NCBI GenBank assembly: GCA_027604505.1
Contig: JADIIX010000010.1
Coordinates: 248,001 to 283,725, forward strand
Length of the DNA: 35,725 bases
Source of the DNA: Gonapodya sp. JEL0774
Taxonomy: Eukaryota
Reading direction: 5' to 3'
Below, piece by piece: positions 32,312 through 35,725 of the stretch (position 1 is the stretch's first letter; every line of letters begins with the position of its first letter). The position numbers were made by a program, and so were the translations under genes. The notes below the pieces were generated by a model. The model worked only from the letters and a program-made list of their open reading frames with translations, was not told the DNA's origin and did no database searches.

Positions 32312-35172
32312 TTAAATCTTGCTCAACGGTTCGGTCAAGTTAGGCACGCCTTGCGTCTCCACCTTCTTCCACCTGCATCACAGCAGAATTACAAAAGATT
32401 TAAATCAGATGAAAACTCCCCACGAATCCTAAGAAGCACAAGCCAAACGCCCGCCCTCAATCTAACTCACCAAGGATACCACCCATCATACGCCGGGTTT
32501 TGGTCCACGTCTTTGACAAAGGAACCGGTGAACTTGGGTTCCCGCTTCTCCAGGAAAGACTGCACGCCTTCAGCAGAGTCAAGGCCGTTGCCGGTGCTGC
32601 AAGCATTACGGTATGGAAATGTGGAGACCGACGTGAGTCAAGTCAATGTGCGAACAGAAACCGATTCTCTCGCAAAACCTCGTCCGCCACACTTCAAACC
32701 CCACATAAACCCGAAACTCACACATACATAACCCTCGAGTCCAACAAATGCTGCTCCTCCGGGCTCCCTGTTCCCCGCCAGATCATATGCTTGGCCATGC
32801 CCATGCTCACCGCGCTGTTCTTGGTCGCGAGCGTCTTTGCGAGGTCAATAGCCTGGGTCAAGGTAGCGGCAGGTGTGGGAGCCAACGAGTGGAAAAGGAG
32901 GGAAAGGTGAGGGTGGGAGGCAGGGATAACTTCGCCCTAGATAGGACAATATGTTGACGGTGGATGAGTTTGTGTGCACGGCAAGGTGAGCTGGTGGGAT
33001 CGTGGTGCTCACAGTCATGACGAGCGACAGAGCACGGGAGTAGCCTACGAGACGGGGAAGATGGCTGATTGGGGAGGATGTGTGTGGTACGTATGTATGG
33101 GAAGGAGGGACGGGGACCATGAGAGGCACACCACACAACGGCAGATGCTTTCCATCACCATTCACGGCGATTCGGTCAAGCCGCACGCACAATCCATCGC
33201 ACAGCTCGTCATCATGGATACGCAATTCGTCCCCGCAGGCACTTCAAAACCCACAGTCGGAAAAAACAGTGAATCGCAAAGGCACTTGCCCACTCACAAG
33301 GTACTCGTGGCCTCGGGAACGATCCCTCTCCTCGCGAAGACGAATCCGATCTTGGCGTCTTTGTAGGCAATGCGAAAGTCCTTGCGAAAGGGACAGAGTA
33401 GGATCGTGGAGAGGGGTTTAAGTGAAGGTAGGGTCAGAACCGACGGGGCGACTTCGGGTAACGACTCAAGGTTCCCCCCGGCCGCGTTCACATACCATGG
33501 CCAATGTGACGGTGATACCGATGCCGACGGCGGCTCCATTGACTAGTTTTTTTTTGTCGAGAGTTTTCGATGCGCGAAGTGAGTTTTGAAGAGTGAAAAG
33601 GTTGGGAGGTGTAAAGTGCACGAGGTGAGAAAACGCAAGCGAGACCACACCGGGTCGAGTCGGATAACATCCAGACCCGTACGCGAAAGTCATACGTGTC
33701 AAGTATGACACCCGGGGACACATGAAACCACATGCACAGAGATCAGTCCCTCCAAGCTCCACGTTCGCCTCGACCTCGCTCCGACACAGTCCGGAGCCAA
33801 CAGGATCACGAGCAATCTCTCCATTTCATATTTCCCGCTTCCCGCTTCCCGCTTCGTACCCTCCTGCCTCTTGTATCTCCACTATTCCCGTCTGCTCCCC
33901 TTCATATCCACCCCAGAATACCACAGGCTCGCCACTCACTCGCCCCAATCACCACCTTCCTACACCTCGAAATCGCCAGCGCGGCTTGGCCCCCTCCGTC
34001 TCTTGCGTTTCCGGGTGTCCTGGCGGGACCGGACGTGGGGTTTTCGGTGGGGTTGGCGTCGGAGAAGGTCGCGCCGCCCGAGGAAAGGTCGGCCTAGTGT
34101 GGTGGGGGGGTGGGTGCAGTTCCGGTGAGAAAGAGGGGACATGGCGTGGGGGGGAGGGTGGAGACTCACGCCAGCGCAGAATGCACGGCCGGCGCCGGTG
34201 ACGATGACGACTAGGGGAGAGGGTGAGGTTGGTGGTTTGTGGGGGGAGGGGCATGGAGTGTGTGGTATGGTTGGGAGGAATGATAACGTGAGCCAGGGCG
34301 GGGGGGGGGAGAGTGCGTGTCTCGACAATTGAACGGAACGGTGTCTTCCGATGCGGCGGTGTGTTACATCACGATGTAAATGGTTTCATTAAAGAAAACT
34401 GGAGTAGGCCACGACGTTGAGGATTCCCACTTCAGGATACGCCGCGATATGGTCCTCCGTTCCGCCCAACATCTGTATCTCTTCCCAGTTGGCACGACGC
34501 CGCCCAGCGTACCAACCACCTCACTCCACCGCACACCATCACCACGCACCTTTGACGGTATCATCCTTATCGAACTGGTTGATGGCGCGTACGACGGACT
34601 GGGACATGCCGTTCACGTCGGTCCAGGCGTTCATCCTTGTTATAGGTGAAGAGTCATATCGTGTGAGGGAGGGAGGGTAAGGGCGGACAAGTTCGCATGC
34701 GAGGATTTGAGAGTGGAAAATGAGAAGTGGGGGTTGAGGATGAGACGGATGGGAAAGACAAGGTGCAGTGAAGCCTACTTTTCTGGTCGGCTGGATGAGG
34801 AGGAATGGCAGGGATGTTGGGCAGGGCGCGTGTTGGGATGAGTGTGAACATGCGGAAAAGAGAAGAAGCGAGGTGAGAAAGAGAAGAAACGAGGCGGGGA
34901 AGGGAGAAAGAAACGAAACAAGGGGAGAGGAGGAACGAGTGAAGAATGCACAAGACAACGATCACCCTGGTTGCCACTCCACTCCACGACGTTGGGGCGT
35001 CAACGACATCCGTTCCGTGGCATTGCCGCGCGAGCGACTGGCAGCGCGGAGAGATGGCCAAGCACAGAACGCACTTGAGAGTGAGAATAGCGATTGCCGG
35101 GTTCTCTTTGAGAAAGTCGACTTTGATGTGGGTGAAATTGTCGTATCTGAATGGGCGAGAAGGAGACGCCAT
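32312..35172 (-). CDS. Enoyl-CoA hydratase/isomerase (crotonase) family protein, probably peroxisomal
   Basis: IAILTL|..RMNAW; VVIVTGAGRAFCAG|ADLS; RDGGGQAALAISRCRKVVIGA|INGAAVGIGITVTLAM|DFRIAYKDAKIGFVFARRGIVPEA; LVGYSRALSLVMT|GEVI; DSAEGVQSFLEKREPKF; WYPW|W..SKI* (PTS1-like). TAA 32312-32314. Confidence 0.92.
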
Positions 35173-35725
35173 GGCTGCGATGGTGGAGTTGGCGATGTCT
35201 GGGGATGGGAGCGTGATTGGGGGGTGTCTGGTGCTTCCGAACGTGTCAGTCTGCGTTCGGCAGTCTGGTGCCCGAACTCCGTCTACCGCAGCACCCTGTC
35301 ATCAATCATTCATTGTTCAGTCATCTCAGTCGCCGTTTATTCTCTTCTCGTTCAGATCGCAGATAAACTAGATTACTACTTTGTCCGTCGAACACCCCAT
35401 TCCTACTCTGAACGCATAGTATGTACCCCGTTGCGCCATTCACTTGATATCGGTTTGCATAATCGACAAAGCGCCGGAGACGCCAAGCACCTGTTGCTCT
35501 CAATGAGGATCTAACTTTCACGGGAATGAATTAGCCGTAGGCCCATTGTTGCAGCGTTGTCACTCATCTACCAACGGAAGCTCCTATGTATACGGCTGGG
35601 AAATGCGCTGCAGCCGCTCACTTGCTTTTCTCTCACTCTTCCACAATCCCGTTGCATTTCCACCCTGCAATGTATATTTTGTACAGATTTCGCGAACATT
35701 TTTGCACGGTGAAGATGCCCGAGGT

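Noticed and set aside
32470..32480. GTATCCTT U12-type donor
   Set aside because: It lies within coding sequence (W-Y-P-W); the real donor is the adjacent GTGAGT.

Overview
Gene-dense, intron-rich eukaryotic DNA, almost certainly fungal. An early-diverging lineage is plausible but is inference only. I assembled spliced gene models by hand from GT..AG junctions and protein motifs, so internal exon boundaries need RNA-seq confirmation. In order: a disrupted sugar-porter MFS gene (3' part), THI6, an SR splicing factor, a TCERG1-like WW/FF protein, an uncharacterised membrane protein, CSE1, an Arx1/Ebp1-family protein head-to-head with JIP5/WDR55, a micro-exon NDUFA4/B12D gene, BET2, an SH3-SH3...UBA-like adaptor, a secreted alpha-carbonic anhydrase and a crotonase-family gene. 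The least ordinary stretch is the 21.3-23.0 kb spacer. It holds a multi-hairpin ncRNA candidate, a decayed intron-containing copy of part of the crotonase gene lying 12 kb away, and a ~205-bp inverted copy of the BET2 upstream region and 5' end that has lost its ATG. Also notable are poison-isoform candidates in the SR gene, a structured CSE1 intron, and an alpha-CA lacking the His64 proton shuttle. I found no CRISPR array, tRNA, rRNA or recognisable transposase.
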